49,420 nucleotides of DNA from Desulfonatronovibrionaceae bacterium (GCA_046539845.1 JBKHGE010000014.1:1-49420), one strand, 5' to 3'. Shown: positions 9,723 to 19,958, numbered from the stretch's first letter. A program made the numbers and translations. The notes: a model not told the origin generated them from the letters alone.

Positions 9723-10828
9723 CAGAGTCCTTCGGCTTCAATCGGGTTTATTTTTTCTCCGGGATTCAGGCGGTGCGCACCTCGGATGACTATTTTCTGG
9801 CCTTCATTTATGCCGGAGAGGATCTGTACTTTGTCCTTCCGGAGGCCCCCGATCTCCACTTCTCTTTTTTCTACTTGCATGTTTTCCGGATCCACCAGCC
9901 AGACATATTTGGAGCCGAATGGCTCGCGGACGATCGCGGACAAAGGGATATAAATGGCTGAGGAGCCGGCGTCCGGGAAGTCGAATTCAGCCAGGGCGGC
10001 CATTCCCGGCCGGATTCTGGGGGAAGGGGAGTCTAAAACCAGAGTCACCGGGTAGGTGGATTCCGGGTTGGGCTGCATCCCGATTTCAGTGACCCTGGCC
10101 TTGAACGCCCGGTCCGGGAGGGCGTTGAACTCAACCCGGGCCGGTTTTCCCGGGGCGAGGAAATGAATTAGTTTGTCCGGGATACCCACCTCCACTTCCG
10201 TCCCGTTCCCGGAGAGAAATGTGGCGATCGGCTGGCCGGCCTCCACGTTCTGGAATTTCTCCACTGCTACCCGGGAGACCACGCCAGCTTCCGGAGCGGT
10301 AATCCGGGTGTAGCCCAGGTTGCGCACAGCCAGCCGCAGCTGCTCCCTGGCCGCCTCAAGGTCTGCGGATGTGGAATTGTAGCTGCTCTTTACCTCATCG
10401 AATCTGCTCTGACTGATGGCCTCCTCTTTTAAGAGTTTTTGCATCCGTTTGTAGTCTTTGCCCAGCCTTTCTTTTTTGGCCAGTATGGACAAGACCCTGG
10501 CCCGGGCCTGGTTTGCCTCCAGCTGGTAGTCATCCTTGTCCAGCTGGGCGACCAAGTCATCTTTTTCCAGCCTGGTCCCGGCCCGGACCGGGAGGCGGAC
10601 GATCTGTCCGGGGACACGGAAAGAGAGATCTGTGCTCTGCGGGCTTTTGGCCTTGCCCGAGAAAATATGGCTGGTTTTGGCCTCTCCGGCTTGGGCGGTT
10701 GCAGTTGTTACCGGCCGTGAACCGGGCTTTGGCGGGGTAGATTTTTCTTCGGAACAGGCCGTGGCCAAGAGACAGAAAACAAATGCCGGCATATAAAGCA
10801 AAAAAATAGTAAAGATTTTTTTAGTCAT
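9722..10828 (-). CDS. RND periplasmic adaptor (membrane fusion lipoprotein)
   Basis: Lipobox-like 'LATAC', 'LSFRVPGQI', coiled hairpin, 'ITAPEAGVV', 'IRPGM'; 1-nt overlap with the RND permease. Confidence 0.92.
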   Translation of the reverse strand: MTKKIFTIFLLYMPAFVFCLLATACSEEKSTPPKPGSRPVTTATAQAGEAKTSHIFSGKAKSPQSTDLSFRVPGQIVRLPVRAGTRLEKDDLVAQLDKDDYQLEANQARARVLSILAKKERLGKDYKRMQKLLKEEAISQSRFDEVKSSYNSTSADLEAAREQLRLAVRNLGYTRITAPEAGVVSRVAVEKFQNVEAGQPIATFLSGNGTEVEVGIPDKLIHFLAPGKPARVEFNALPDRAFKARVTEIGMQPNPESTYPVTLVLDSPSPRIRPGMAALAEFDFPDAGSSAIYIPLSAIVREPFGSKYVWLVDPENMQVEKREVEIGGLRKDKVQILSGINEGQKIVIRGAHRLNPGEKINPIEAEGL

Positions 10829-10851
10829 GGATATAAGAGGCGCTGGTTGAG

Positions 10852-10880
10852 TTTATAAGATCGTTGACGTCAATGGTAAA
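10852..10880 (-). promoter_or_regulatory. Putative sigma70 promoter of the RND operon, with palindrome in the spacer
   Basis: Minus strand TTTACC-N17-TATAAA; perfect palindrome TTGACGTCAA at 10864-10873. Confidence 0.35.
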
Positions 10881-10917
10881 GGCTCAAGAGTAAACCGCAT
10901 TTTTAGGACCTCCCCGG

Positions 10918-13452
10918 CTAATAGGTCTCTTCGGTCCACATATGCGGCTTGAAGCGCAATACGCAGTTACGTCCGCTTTTCTTGGCCTCGTATAAGGCCA
11001 CGTCCGCATATTTTATGGCCTGATAGAGCTGGGAGGCGTCTTCTGGAAACTCGGACACCCCCAAGCTTATGGTCTTTTGCACGACCTCTTCGCTCGGGAG
11101 ACGAAAACGGTACTCCTCTATCGCCCGGCGTATCTTCTCCGCCACTTTTTCAGAATCCCCGTCATTGGTCGGGTCCACAAGCAAAATAAGGAATTCTTCC
11201 CCCCCATAGCGGACGATCAGATCGGAGCGGCGGACATTGGCGTTTATGACTTCCACCACCTGTTTGAGCATGCTGTCTCCGGCCTGGTGTCCGTACTGGT
11301 CGTTTATCATCTTAAAATGATCCAGATCGGCCATGACAAAGCCAAGCCTCTTTTTCTCCCGTTTGCTCAAGATCTCGGTCTGGGCCAGATATTCATCCAT
11401 GAACCTCCGGTTGTAGGCCCCAGTCAAGGGGTCGCGCAAAGAGCGGTCTCGGGATATCTGCAAAAGACGGAGCGAGGACAAAACCGGAGCGGTTTCATCC
11501 AGGTATTTGCGCATAAATTGGATACTGTCCTTCTGGGTGTCCCACTGCATCCTGCGCATGGTAAAGGTGAACACCGCCCCAACCTGTCCGCCCATGACCA
11601 TGGGCAGGCAACAGCGGACGTGGGTGTCAGGGTCCACGGAGAAATAGGGACAGAGCATCGGATTCTGGGTGGAGATAACGTCTTCCGCGATCCGCTTTGC
11701 CCGGCACAGATCGCAGTTTAAGAGCACCTCGGCGTGGCTGTTCAGCTCGCCGTAATTTATGACCGGGTGCATTCGGTTTTCACTGGAATCCACCTCCAGG
11801 AGATGAAAGTCGGTGAGTCCGAAGGTGTGTCTGAATGCGTGTTCCAGGTGCAAAAACACTTCGTTTTTGTCGTACACCCCCTGCAGGTCGTGGGCGAAAG
11901 TTGTCAGCCGGGCCATCTGCTCCAGGTAATTGGAGACCTGGTCCAGGGAAGGCATCCCACCGGGCCTGGTCCGGAAAACCTCGGAAAGCAGCTGCCCGAT
12001 ATGCCCCAAGAACTGAGACCACAGCCGCATCATGGTATTTACGACATGGCGCATCTCCATGAGTTCGTCGCCGTGGCGCATCTGGTAGACAGGGCAGTTG
12101 CGGCAGGTCTTATATTTATTCAAAAAGATGCATGTATCCCTCCATTTTGGGGATATGGCCTCGTCTCCTGTCTCCAGGTAGCATACCCGGCTGGGATCCT
12201 GATATACCGGGCATTCCACGTTTGGACAGTTGAGCACCTCCAGGCAGTGTACCGCATCGGTCTCAAAGCGGTCGGCAAAATCGTTGAAATGGGAGGCAAT
12301 CAGGATTTTTTTCATCCGCTCCAGGAAGTTTTTGATCCGCCGTACATTCAAAAACAGAAACAGCCAAAGGAATGCGGTCCCAAGTACCCCGAACCACAGA
12401 AACATGTTCAGGTTGTGCTCTTTTTCCGCAAGCTGTCCAGTGGCATCGACCATCAGATGCACCGATCCGATCTTCTCCCCTTGATAGTTTTCCAAAGGCC
12501 TGCTCTGGATCCAGTGCGTGCCGATTCTGGACGGGGTCTTATCGTTTTCCCGGAGCGTCTTTTTGAATTCGGCCAGATCGGTATTGCCCAGAGCGGAGGC
12601 AATATATCTGCCGTTTATCTTTTCCAGCCCGGATTCAGGGGACAGCTCCGGCACGGCGGACTCCTGAACACTGACAAGCACTCCGTGCTGGTTGGAGAAC
12701 TCCATGTCCGCAAACATTGTTTCCAGGTCGGAAAGGGCTTGGATACCGCCGGCGTATTCCCCATTCGTGAGCAGGGGAAAAGCCGCAGCAATTATTAGTC
12801 CATCGGAGGTGACCTCTAGGCCGGTCACGGAGCGCATATCCTCTTCGGCTAGCCGTATCATATTTTTGGACCCGGCCGGGGTGTCGCTCATGGCCCTAAG
12901 CCCCCAGGTGCTGAGCAAAGGCTCTTCCTCCGGTAGATAAAACTGCAGTGGAATTGGTTCGGCGCCGGTTTTTGAGCGTACGTTTTCGTTATAGGGAAGA
13001 ATCAAAGACTGCAGGGCGTTCCCATCCCGGTCCCTGATTGCTTCGGACACGCCGGGGATGGAGGCGATCTGCACCGCTTCCTTCAAAAGCTGTTTTTTCT
13101 TGCGTTCCAGACCCTGTTCAAGGCGGGAGCTGAAGGAGTCAAGGCGGTATTCAATCTGGCTCTGCAGGGTTTTGTCCAGGGTATGGGAGACAAAAAAGTA
13201 AGTTACACCCAGCCCGGCCAAAAGCAAAAAACCGGAAAACCAGACAAAACGTCCGTTCAGGCTCCATTTTTCCGGGTTGATGAACCGGGAGAGATAGATA
13301 AAAATGGTGGATGTCTTGCTCTTTTTGGAAGAGGCGCGACGGGATTTATTTGTTTTGTCCCGGGATCCGGTTTTTTCCTGGGGCCGGCTGTTCTCTTTTG
13401 GGGCATCCATAGACGTTGGTTTTCTCCGGTCAGTGCCGGTCGGATTGTCCAA
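10918..13452 (-). CDS. Membrane sensor diguanylate cyclase (TM, Cache-like periplasmic domain, TM, Cys-rich HAMP-like linker, GAF-like domain, GGDEF)
   Basis: 'DPLTGAYNRR', 'DLDHFKMINDQYGH', I-site RRSD, active site 'RYGGEEF'; two hydrophobic TM stretches; start uncertain (TTG 13452 or ATG 13410). Confidence 0.92.
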   Translation of the reverse strand: MDNPTGTDRRKPTSMDAPKENSRPQEKTGSRDKTNKSRRASSKKSKTSTIFIYLSRFINPEKWSLNGRFVWFSGFLLLAGLGVTYFFVSHTLDKTLQSQIEYRLDSFSSRLEQGLERKKKQLLKEAVQIASIPGVSEAIRDRDGNALQSLILPYNENVRSKTGAEPIPLQFYLPEEEPLLSTWGLRAMSDTPAGSKNMIRLAEEDMRSVTGLEVTSDGLIIAAAFPLLTNGEYAGGIQALSDLETMFADMEFSNQHGVLVSVQESAVPELSPESGLEKINGRYIASALGNTDLAEFKKTLRENDKTPSRIGTHWIQSRPLENYQGEKIGSVHLMVDATGQLAEKEHNLNMFLWFGVLGTAFLWLFLFLNVRRIKNFLERMKKILIASHFNDFADRFETDAVHCLEVLNCPNVECPVYQDPSRVCYLETGDEAISPKWRDTCIFLNKYKTCRNCPVYQMRHGDELMEMRHVVNTMMRLWSQFLGHIGQLLSEVFRTRPGGMPSLDQVSNYLEQMARLTTFAHDLQGVYDKNEVFLHLEHAFRHTFGLTDFHLLEVDSSENRMHPVINYGELNSHAEVLLNCDLCRAKRIAEDVISTQNPMLCPYFSVDPDTHVRCCLPMVMGGQVGAVFTFTMRRMQWDTQKDSIQFMRKYLDETAPVLSSLRLLQISRDRSLRDPLTGAYNRRFMDEYLAQTEILSKREKKRLGFVMADLDHFKMINDQYGHQAGDSMLKQVVEVINANVRRSDLIVRYGGEEFLILLVDPTNDGDSEKVAEKIRRAIEEYRFRLPSEEVVQKTISLGVSEFPEDASQLYQAIKYADVALYEAKKSGRNCVLRFKPHMWTEETY

Positions 13453-13703
13453 GCTGCCAGCCTGAATCCGGTCCGACTGTAATATTATAGATTTACGTTA
13501 ACTTTGATTAATTTTTCTGGCAAGGACAAGTTGTTTCCAGGAAAACTGCCGGATGACAAGCTTGACATCTGCTGATTTGTGATAAGAGTATTTCGGTTCA
13601 TCAACAGACTAGAATCCCGGCATTTCCGAGCCGGGAAGACATTGAAAAACCCTTGGAAAGGCACGGGGACGGTCTTGATTTCGCTCCTTGCGCCCCGGCG
13701 CGC

Positions 13704-13729
13704 ATGGGGATATTTTGACCGGGTTCAAG
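13704..13729 (-). promoter_or_regulatory. Sigma32 (RpoH)-type promoter consensus
   Basis: Minus strand CTTGAA-N14-CCCCAT, exact match to the enterobacterial sigma32 -35/-10 core. Confidence 0.5.
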
Positions 13730-13816
13730 CCAAAAACCTGTTAATTTGTTTTTAATGCGCTGCGTTCGGGTTCAGACTTGCGACGGGTGCGTATTTTAGA
13801 GGGCAAGGAGGAAGAA

Positions 13817-14371
13817 TTGACTGATAATTTGAAGGGCACCACCATATTGGCGGTGAAAAACAAGGATGGGATCGCTGTGGCCGGAGATGGCCAGGTGACA
13901 ATGGGGCAGGCCGTGGTCATGAAACATTCCGCGGTCAAGGTCAGGCGGCTTTACCGGGACAGGATCGTAGCCGGTTTCGCCGGGACCACTGCGGACGCAT
14001 TTACGTTGTTCGAGAAATTCGAGGCCAAACTGGAGGAGTTTAGCGGCAACCTCCTTCGGGCCAGTGTGGAGCTTACCAAGGAATGGCGCACGGATAAGTA
14101 TCTGCGGCGTCTGGAGGCCATGATGATCGTGGCTGATGCAGAGAATATACTGGTGATAAGCGGGACCGGGGATGTGATCGAACCGGACGACGGGGTGGCT
14201 GCCATTGGATCGGGCGGCCCGTATGCCCTGGCCGCGGCCCGGGCCCTGGTCCGAGAAACAGAAATGACCGCAGAGGATGTAGTCAGATCGGCCATGGACA
14301 TTGCCGGAGACATATGTGTTTATACCAATACCAGCATCGTAGTGGAGACAATCAAAGGAAACGGCAAATAA
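13817..14371 (+). CDS. hslV: ATP-dependent protease peptidase subunit HslV
   Basis: 'GTTILAV', 'AGDGQVT', '[12 protein letters not shown]', 'IGSGG'; TTG start after AGGAGG. Confidence 0.97.
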   Translation: MTDNLKGTTILAVKNKDGIAVAGDGQVTMGQAVVMKHSAVKVRRLYRDRIVAGFAGTTADAFTLFEKFEAKLEEFSGNLLRASVELTKEWRTDKYLRRLEAMMIVADAENILVISGTGDVIEPDDGVAAIGSGGPYALAAARALVRETEMTAEDVVRSAMDIAGDICVYTNTSIVVETIKGNGK

Positions 14372-14373
14372 TT

Positions 14374-15720
14374 ATGAGTATGCAGCTTACACCGCGGGAG
14401 ATAGTATCCGAACTGGACAGGTTCGTGATCGGACAGGCCGAAGCCAAGCGCATGGTCGCCCTGGCCCTGAGGAACCGCTGGCGGAGGCGCCAGGTGGATC
14501 CGGAGCTTAGGGAGGAGATAGCCCCGAAGAATATAATCATGATCGGGCCCACAGGCGTGGGCAAAACCGAGATCGCCCGCAGGCTGGCCAAACTGGCGGG
14601 ATCGCCTTTTTTCAAGGTCGAGGCGACCAAGTTTACCGAGGTTGGTTATGTGGGCCGGGACGTGGAATCCATGATCCGGGATCTTATGGAAATTGGCGTG
14701 AACATGGTCCGCGAGGAGGAGATGGATCGGGTCCAGGGCAGGGCCGAGGCCAATGCCGAGGACCGTCTTCTGGACCTCCTTCTGCCTGGGAATAAAAACC
14801 GGCAGTACGGGGAGGAGGAAAACGCCTCAGAGGATCGGGAGGACTCCACTCGGGAAAAGATGCGCCGGATGTGGCGTCAGGGAAAGTTGGACGATCGCAT
14901 GGTGGAGGTCGAGGTCAGCGCCGGAGGTTCCGGGATGGAGATTATGGCCATGCCGGGCATGGAAGACATGGAAATGCAGTTCAAGGATATGTTCAACCGG
15001 CTTATGCCCAAGCGGAAAAAGACCAAAAGGGTCAAGGTCAGACAGGCATACGAGATCCTTTTGCAGGAGGAATCCGAGCGGCTTGTGGACATGGACAAGG
15101 TCACGGAGATCGCCAAGGAACGTGTGGAGCAAAGCGGGATCATCTTTATCGACGAGTTGGACAAGGTTTGTGTGGGCGGCTCGCAGACCTCGCAGGGAGA
15201 GGTCTCTCGTGAGGGCGTGCAGAGGGATCTTTTGCCGGTGGTCGAGGGCTGCGTGGTCAATACCAAACACGGAATGATCCGCACTGACCATATCCTGTTT
15301 ATTGCCGCGGGAGCTTTTCATTATTCCAAACCCTCGGACCTAGTGCCCGAGCTGCAGGGCCGTTTCCCTCTGCGGGTGGAATTGGACGCGCTGAACAAGG
15401 AGGATTTTTACCGCATACTCACCGAGCCGTATAATTCCCTGACCAAGCAGTATAAGGCCCTTATGCAGACCGAGGGGGTGGAGGTGCAGTTCACAGACAG
15501 CGCCTTGCATGAGATATCCTCTTTTGCCCAGGTCATAAACGAGGAGACGGAAAACATCGGGGCTAGACGTCTGTATACCATAATTGAGAAGGTGATCGGG
15601 GATATCTCCTTTGTCGCCCCGGAAAAGAAAGGCCATGCGGAGATAATAGACGCCGAATACATACGGAAGAAGCTGGCTGATATCCGGGAGAATCGGGATC
15701 TGTCCAGATTCATCCTCTAG
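14374..15720 (+). CDS. hslU: ATP-dependent protease ATPase subunit HslU
   Basis: 'LTPREIV', Walker A 'GPTGVGKT', pore motif 'GYVG', C-terminal 'DLSRFIL'. Confidence 0.98.
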   Translation: MSMQLTPREIVSELDRFVIGQAEAKRMVALALRNRWRRRQVDPELREEIAPKNIIMIGPTGVGKTEIARRLAKLAGSPFFKVEATKFTEVGYVGRDVESMIRDLMEIGVNMVREEEMDRVQGRAEANAEDRLLDLLLPGNKNRQYGEEENASEDREDSTREKMRRMWRQGKLDDRMVEVEVSAGGSGMEIMAMPGMEDMEMQFKDMFNRLMPKRKKTKRVKVRQAYEILLQEESERLVDMDKVTEIAKERVEQSGIIFIDELDKVCVGGSQTSQGEVSREGVQRDLLPVVEGCVVNTKHGMIRTDHILFIAAGAFHYSKPSDLVPELQGRFPLRVELDALNKEDFYRILTEPYNSLTKQYKALMQTEGVEVQFTDSALHEISSFAQVINEETENIGARRLYTIIEKVIGDISFVAPEKKGHAEIIDAEYIRKKLADIRENRDLSRFIL

Positions 15721-15777
15721 CGGCCTGAACCGTCATTTGCCGGAAACAATTTTTTATCCACAGCATATGGAGTGCAG

Positions 15778-16656
15778 ATGCTCACAGAACCGGAAAAAGC
15801 AAACGTCCTTCTCGAGGCCCTGCCCTATATCCGGGAGTTCTACAAAAAGACAGTGGTCATCAAATATGGTGGTCACGCCATGAAGGACGAGGCCTTGAAA
15901 AAGAGCTTCGCCTTGAATGTGGTCCTGCTCAAATATATCGGGATAAATCCGGTTATTGTCCACGGAGGAGGACCTCAGATCGGTCGTATGCTGGAGCAGC
16001 TTCAGATCAACTGCCAGTTTAGAGAGGGACTCCGGGTCACGGACCAGGCGACTATGGATGTGGTGGAAATGGTTCTGGTGGGCAAGGTGAACAAGGAGAT
16101 AGTCAATCTTTTGAATCTGCACGGCGGGCATTCAGTGGGACTGTCTGGGAAAGATGGCGGTCTTATCGCCGCGCGCAAGCTGGAGATGGTGGTGGACAGG
16201 GCAGACGCCCCGCCGGAGATAATTGACCTGGGCAAGGTAGGTGAAGTGGTGGATATCAATGTCTCTCTTATTCATTCTTTGCAGCGGGAGGGGTTTATCC
16301 CCATAATCGCGCCTGTAGGCGTGGATGATGCCGGGGAGACATATAATATAAACGCGGATTCGGTGGCTGCTGCTGTGGCCACTGCCCTGGAGGCCAAGAA
16401 ATTGATCCTTTTGACTGATGTGCCCGGAATTATGGATAAAGAAGGAGAGGTGCTCTCCTCTCTGGACAAAAAGGCCGCCTTGGAGGTTATCCACGGCAAT
16501 GTGGCCAGGGGCGGGATGATTCCTAAGGTAAAGTGCTGCCTGGAGGCGGTTATGTCCGGGGTGGAAAAGGCGCATATAATTGACGGCCGGGTAGAGAATT
16601 CGCTCATCCTGGAGCTGTTTACCCGCGGCGGGATCGGTTCGGAAATAGTGGCCTGA
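15778..16656 (+). CDS. argB: Acetylglutamate kinase
   Basis: 'EALPYI', 'VIKYGG', 'VHGGGPQI', 'GLRVTD', 'YNINAD', 'GGMIPKV'; ATG 5 nt after GGAG. Confidence 0.97.
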   Translation: MLTEPEKANVLLEALPYIREFYKKTVVIKYGGHAMKDEALKKSFALNVVLLKYIGINPVIVHGGGPQIGRMLEQLQINCQFREGLRVTDQATMDVVEMVLVGKVNKEIVNLLNLHGGHSVGLSGKDGGLIAARKLEMVVDRADAPPEIIDLGKVGEVVDINVSLIHSLQREGFIPIIAPVGVDDAGETYNINADSVAAAVATALEAKKLILLTDVPGIMDKEGEVLSSLDKKAALEVIHGNVARGGMIPKVKCCLEAVMSGVEKAHIIDGRVENSLILELFTRGGIGSEIVA

Positions 16657-16657
16657 A

Positions 16658-18301
16658 ATGACTGTATCCTCTGGAGATCGACCTGAAGGAATCTGTTTTT
16701 TTTGTCCGAAGGACAATCTGCGCTTGGACTGGTTTCTCACGGACAATCTGTCCGCCTCTGGGTTTACCAGATCGGCTGTGCAGAAGCAGATTCGAACCGG
16801 CCGGGTGACAGTAAACGGGGGTGCGGTTTTGAAGCCCGGACATAAGCTCGGGAGGGGACAGATGGTTTGTTTCACCCCCCATCAATCCCGTAGCAGTGCT
16901 AAACAGGCCGATGCCCCGCAGGCAGAGGTCCTTTACGCGGATTCAAGTCTGGCAGTGGTGAACAAGCCCCCAGGGCTGACCGTACATCCGGCTGATTCAG
17001 AAAAAGGGCCCACCCTGGTCCACTTCCTCATCCGCCGCTTCCCCGGCCTGGAGCGCCTTGATCCGGAGCGGCCGGGCATAGTCCACCGCCTGGATAAGGA
17101 CACTTCCGGCCTTTTGCTTGTCGCCCTTCAAAAGAGGTCCGGCCGCAGGCTGTCTGCGGATTTTGCCGCCCGCCGGGTGGACAAGGAGTATCTGTGTATC
17201 TGCCAAGGGGTTCCGGATACGGACTTTCGGGCCGTTTGTCATCACATCGGTCGTCACCCGCGGATCAAGACCAAAATGACTGTGCTCCGGGACGGGCAGG
17301 GCCGGGAGGCTAGGACCGAATTGTATACGGTATACAAAGGCAGGGACTGGAGCCTTTTGCGGGTACGCATCCGCACCGGCCGCACCCATCAAATCCGAGT
17401 CCATCTGGCCCATGAGGGCCTGCCTGTTCTGGGGGACGCGGTTTACGGACCGGCTGGCTTTGACTCCCCGCGGATCAAAAAAAAGCTCTTTTCCAGGCTG
17501 GTCCCCCGCCAACTACTGCACGCTTGGCGCCTGAAGCTTATCCATCCGGAAACCGGAGAGGATTTGCAGTTTTCAGTCCCTCCGCCCCGGGATTTTCTGC
17601 GTGCTTTGCTTTTACTGGACAAAAAGCCGCAGCGGGTGCTTGTCGTCGGCTCTCCGGGGAGCGGTAAGTCCGAGGTGCTGAGTCTTCTGGCTCAAACCGG
17701 GGCAGAAACTTGGAGTGCGGACTCCGAAGTCTCCAGGCTTTATTGTAAAGGCGCCCCCGGCTTTGACATGCTACGCATGAGTTTCGGGGAGAGCTTTATC
17801 TCCGAAGAAAGCGGGGAAGTGGACAAGAAGGCCTTGTTCATGGCCATGCTTGGAAGCGATCATGTGCGGCGTGAAGTGGAGCATCTCATCCATCCTCTGG
17901 TCCGGGGCGCTCTGGAAAGGTTTTGGAGCGGTGCAAACGGTCTGGTGCGTGCGGCTGAAGTCCCGCTTTTTTTTGAGGCGGGTATGGATAAGGAAGTGAA
18001 GTACGATGTGTGCGTAGGGGTGTTTGCCCCGGAGCGGATTCGTTTTTCCCGCCTGCGGGAAAGGGGCTGGAGCAGAGAAATGACAGAGAAAGTCGAGTCC
18101 TGGCAGCTGCCGCAGGAGAAAAAGCTGGTCGATTGTGATCTGCTGGTGGATAATTCCGGATCCCCGAAAGAACTCGAAGAAAGGGTAGATGCACTCTCCA
18201 GGGTGTTGTGCAGTCTGCGGCGCAGGGAGATGAAGCGCCTCTCCCGGTTGTGGACCGACTTTTTCCGGACCGGGGAGCAAGGAAGACTGGAGGGCACGTG
18301 A
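16658..18301 (+). CDS. coaE: Fusion of RluA/RluD-family pseudouridine synthase (with S4 domain) and dephospho-CoA kinase
   Basis: N-half: 'VNKPPGL', catalytic 'HRLDKDTSG', 'GRTHQIRVH'. C-half: P-loop 'GSPGSGKS', 'IHPLVR', 'EVPLFFE', 'VDNSGS'. One continuous 547-aa ORF. Confidence 0.9.
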   Translation: MTVSSGDRPEGICFFCPKDNLRLDWFLTDNLSASGFTRSAVQKQIRTGRVTVNGGAVLKPGHKLGRGQMVCFTPHQSRSSAKQADAPQAEVLYADSSLAVVNKPPGLTVHPADSEKGPTLVHFLIRRFPGLERLDPERPGIVHRLDKDTSGLLLVALQKRSGRRLSADFAARRVDKEYLCICQGVPDTDFRAVCHHIGRHPRIKTKMTVLRDGQGREARTELYTVYKGRDWSLLRVRIRTGRTHQIRVHLAHEGLPVLGDAVYGPAGFDSPRIKKKLFSRLVPRQLLHAWRLKLIHPETGEDLQFSVPPPRDFLRALLLLDKKPQRVLVVGSPGSGKSEVLSLLAQTGAETWSADSEVSRLYCKGAPGFDMLRMSFGESFISEESGEVDKKALFMAMLGSDHVRREVEHLIHPLVRGALERFWSGANGLVRAAEVPLFFEAGMDKEVKYDVCVGVFAPERIRFSRLRERGWSREMTEKVESWQLPQEKKLVDCDLLVDNSGSPKELEERVDALSRVLCSLRRREMKRLSRLWTDFFRTGEQGRLEGT

Positions 18302-19035
18302 TCCCTATCCAGGACAGCATCCCCAATGTGCACAAACCGGTCATGGTTCGGGCTATCCTTGTGGTCAACGCCTTTGTCTTTTTATATATCCTGGTCCTTG
18401 ACGACTATGCTGCGGCCCGGCTTTTTCATGTTTTCGGTGCGGTCCCGGCCCGGTTCACCCATCCGGACTGGGCGCAATGGATGGGCTATCCCAAGGACGG
18501 GTTTTATTCTTTACTCACCTACATGTTTATCCACGGCGGATGGCTGCATTTTTTGGGGAACATGCTCTCCCTGTGGATATTTGCGGACAATATCGAGGAC
18601 ATAATGGGGCCGGTGAAATTTTTGGTTTTTTATTGCTTGTGCGGATTGGGGGCCCTGGGCATACATATCCTGTTCAATCCGAATTCCGCGGTACCGGTGG
18701 TGGGCGCCTCCGGAGCCATAGCCGGGGTCATGGGCGCCTATTTTCTGCTTTACCCCCATTCCAAGGTGGTGGCTGTAATCCCGGTCATCTTTATCCCTTT
18801 GTTTCTTGAGCTCCCGGCTGTTGTCTTTCTGGGTCTGTGGTTTGTGATGCAGTTTTTTTCCGGGATAACCTCTCAAGTCGGATTGGATTCCGGCACAGGC
18901 GGGGCAGTGGCCTGGTGGGCCCATGTGGGCGGTTTTGTCTTGGGTATGCTAATTTTACGCTTTTTTCGGGATGAAGAAAGATGTTATTATTGTTACCAGG
19001 CGGGCAAAAAAAAGAGGTGGGATGATTTCTTTTAA
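18298..19035 (+). CDS. Rhomboid family intramembrane serine protease
   Basis: 'HGGWLHFLGNM', 'GASGA', 'AHVGG'; GTG start overlaps the upstream stop (GTGA). Confidence 0.95.
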   Translation: MIPIQDSIPNVHKPVMVRAILVVNAFVFLYILVLDDYAAARLFHVFGAVPARFTHPDWAQWMGYPKDGFYSLLTYMFIHGGWLHFLGNMLSLWIFADNIEDIMGPVKFLVFYCLCGLGALGIHILFNPNSAVPVVGASGAIAGVMGAYFLLYPHSKVVAVIPVIFIPLFLELPAVVFLGLWFVMQFFSGITSQVGLDSGTGGAVAWWAHVGGFVLGMLILRFFRDEERCYYCYQAGKKKRWDDFF

Positions 19036-19199
19036 GGCCCGGGGGATACCTCGGCGCAAGACAAGGGCCGTGCGTTTTTTCCCCGGGATTGAAGCAGATG
19101 CCTGTTTTGGCTTTACACCATGGACTTTTTGGCCGCTTGTTTTTAAGATGATATTAGCGCGGGCGGCCGTGATGAATATTTATTTTTGGGAGGAAAAAG

Positions 19200-19958
19200 A
19201 TGCTCAGAATAGAGAACCTGCACGTGCAGGTGGGAGAAAAGGAGGTCCTCAAGGGGATCGATCTATCCATAGAGGATGGGGAGACCTTTATCCTCTTCGG
19301 ACCCAACGGCTCCGGCAAGACGACCCTGCTTATGAGCCTTATGGGCTTTGCCGGCTATGAGGTCACGGCCGGCAGTATTGTTTTCAACGGCGAGGAAATA
19401 GTTGACCTGCCGGTGCATGAAAGGGCCAGAAAAGGCATTGGCATGTCCTTTCAACGCCCCCCGACTATCAATGGCTTGAAGACCAGATATCTGATCCAGA
19501 TGTGCGCCCGCAACCAGGAGATAGATGTTGATGCCCTGGCCGAAAAGGTCAATTTTACCGGTTTTCTGGACCGGGATATAAATTCTGGTTTTTCCGGCGG
19601 AGAGATCAAAAGGTCCGAACTACTGCAGCTTATGGCCCAGGAGCCGAAATTGGTCCTTTTTGATGAGCCCGAATCCGGAGTGGACCTGGAGAATATGAGC
19701 CTTATCGGCAACACCGCCAAGGCCCTTTTGGACGGTCCCCTGGAGCCAAGTCCGGAGGCATCCATGAAAGAGCTCAAGTCCCGGATGCAGACCTCGGGAC
19801 TGATAATAACCCATACCGGGCATATCCTGGATTATGTGAACGCGGACCGGGCCCAGGTCATGTTTGACGGCCGGCTTTGCTGTCAGGGTCGTCCCCGGGA
19901 TATCCTGGATCACATAAGCAAGTATGGATACAAGGAGTGCGTCAGATGTCTGAAATAG
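19200..19958 (+). CDS. sufC: SufC-like (SmsC) Fe-S assembly ABC ATPase
   Basis: 'GPNGSGKT', 'FSGGEIKRSE', 'FDEPESGVD', 'IITH', C-terminal CxxC 'ECVRC'. Confidence 0.9.
   Translation: MLRIENLHVQVGEKEVLKGIDLSIEDGETFILFGPNGSGKTTLLMSLMGFAGYEVTAGSIVFNGEEIVDLPVHERARKGIGMSFQRPPTINGLKTRYLIQMCARNQEIDVDALAEKVNFTGFLDRDINSGFSGGEIKRSELLQLMAQEPKLVLFDEPESGVDLENMSLIGNTAKALLDGPLEPSPEASMKELKSRMQTSGLIITHTGHILDYVNADRAQVMFDGRLCCQGRPRDILDHISKYGYKECVRCLK

Noticed and set aside
13640..13675. AAACCC-TTG-GAAA-GGCACGGGGACG, faintly like a c-di-GMP-I riboswitch P2, near a DGC gene
   Set aside because: Lacks the GGCAAA and GCAAA conserved segments, pairs poorly, has no P3, and is on the hslV strand
15754..15762. Perfect DnaA box TTATCCACA between hslU and argB
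   Set aside because: Single box in a short gap with no cluster or unwinding element; not an origin, and one hit is compatible with chance
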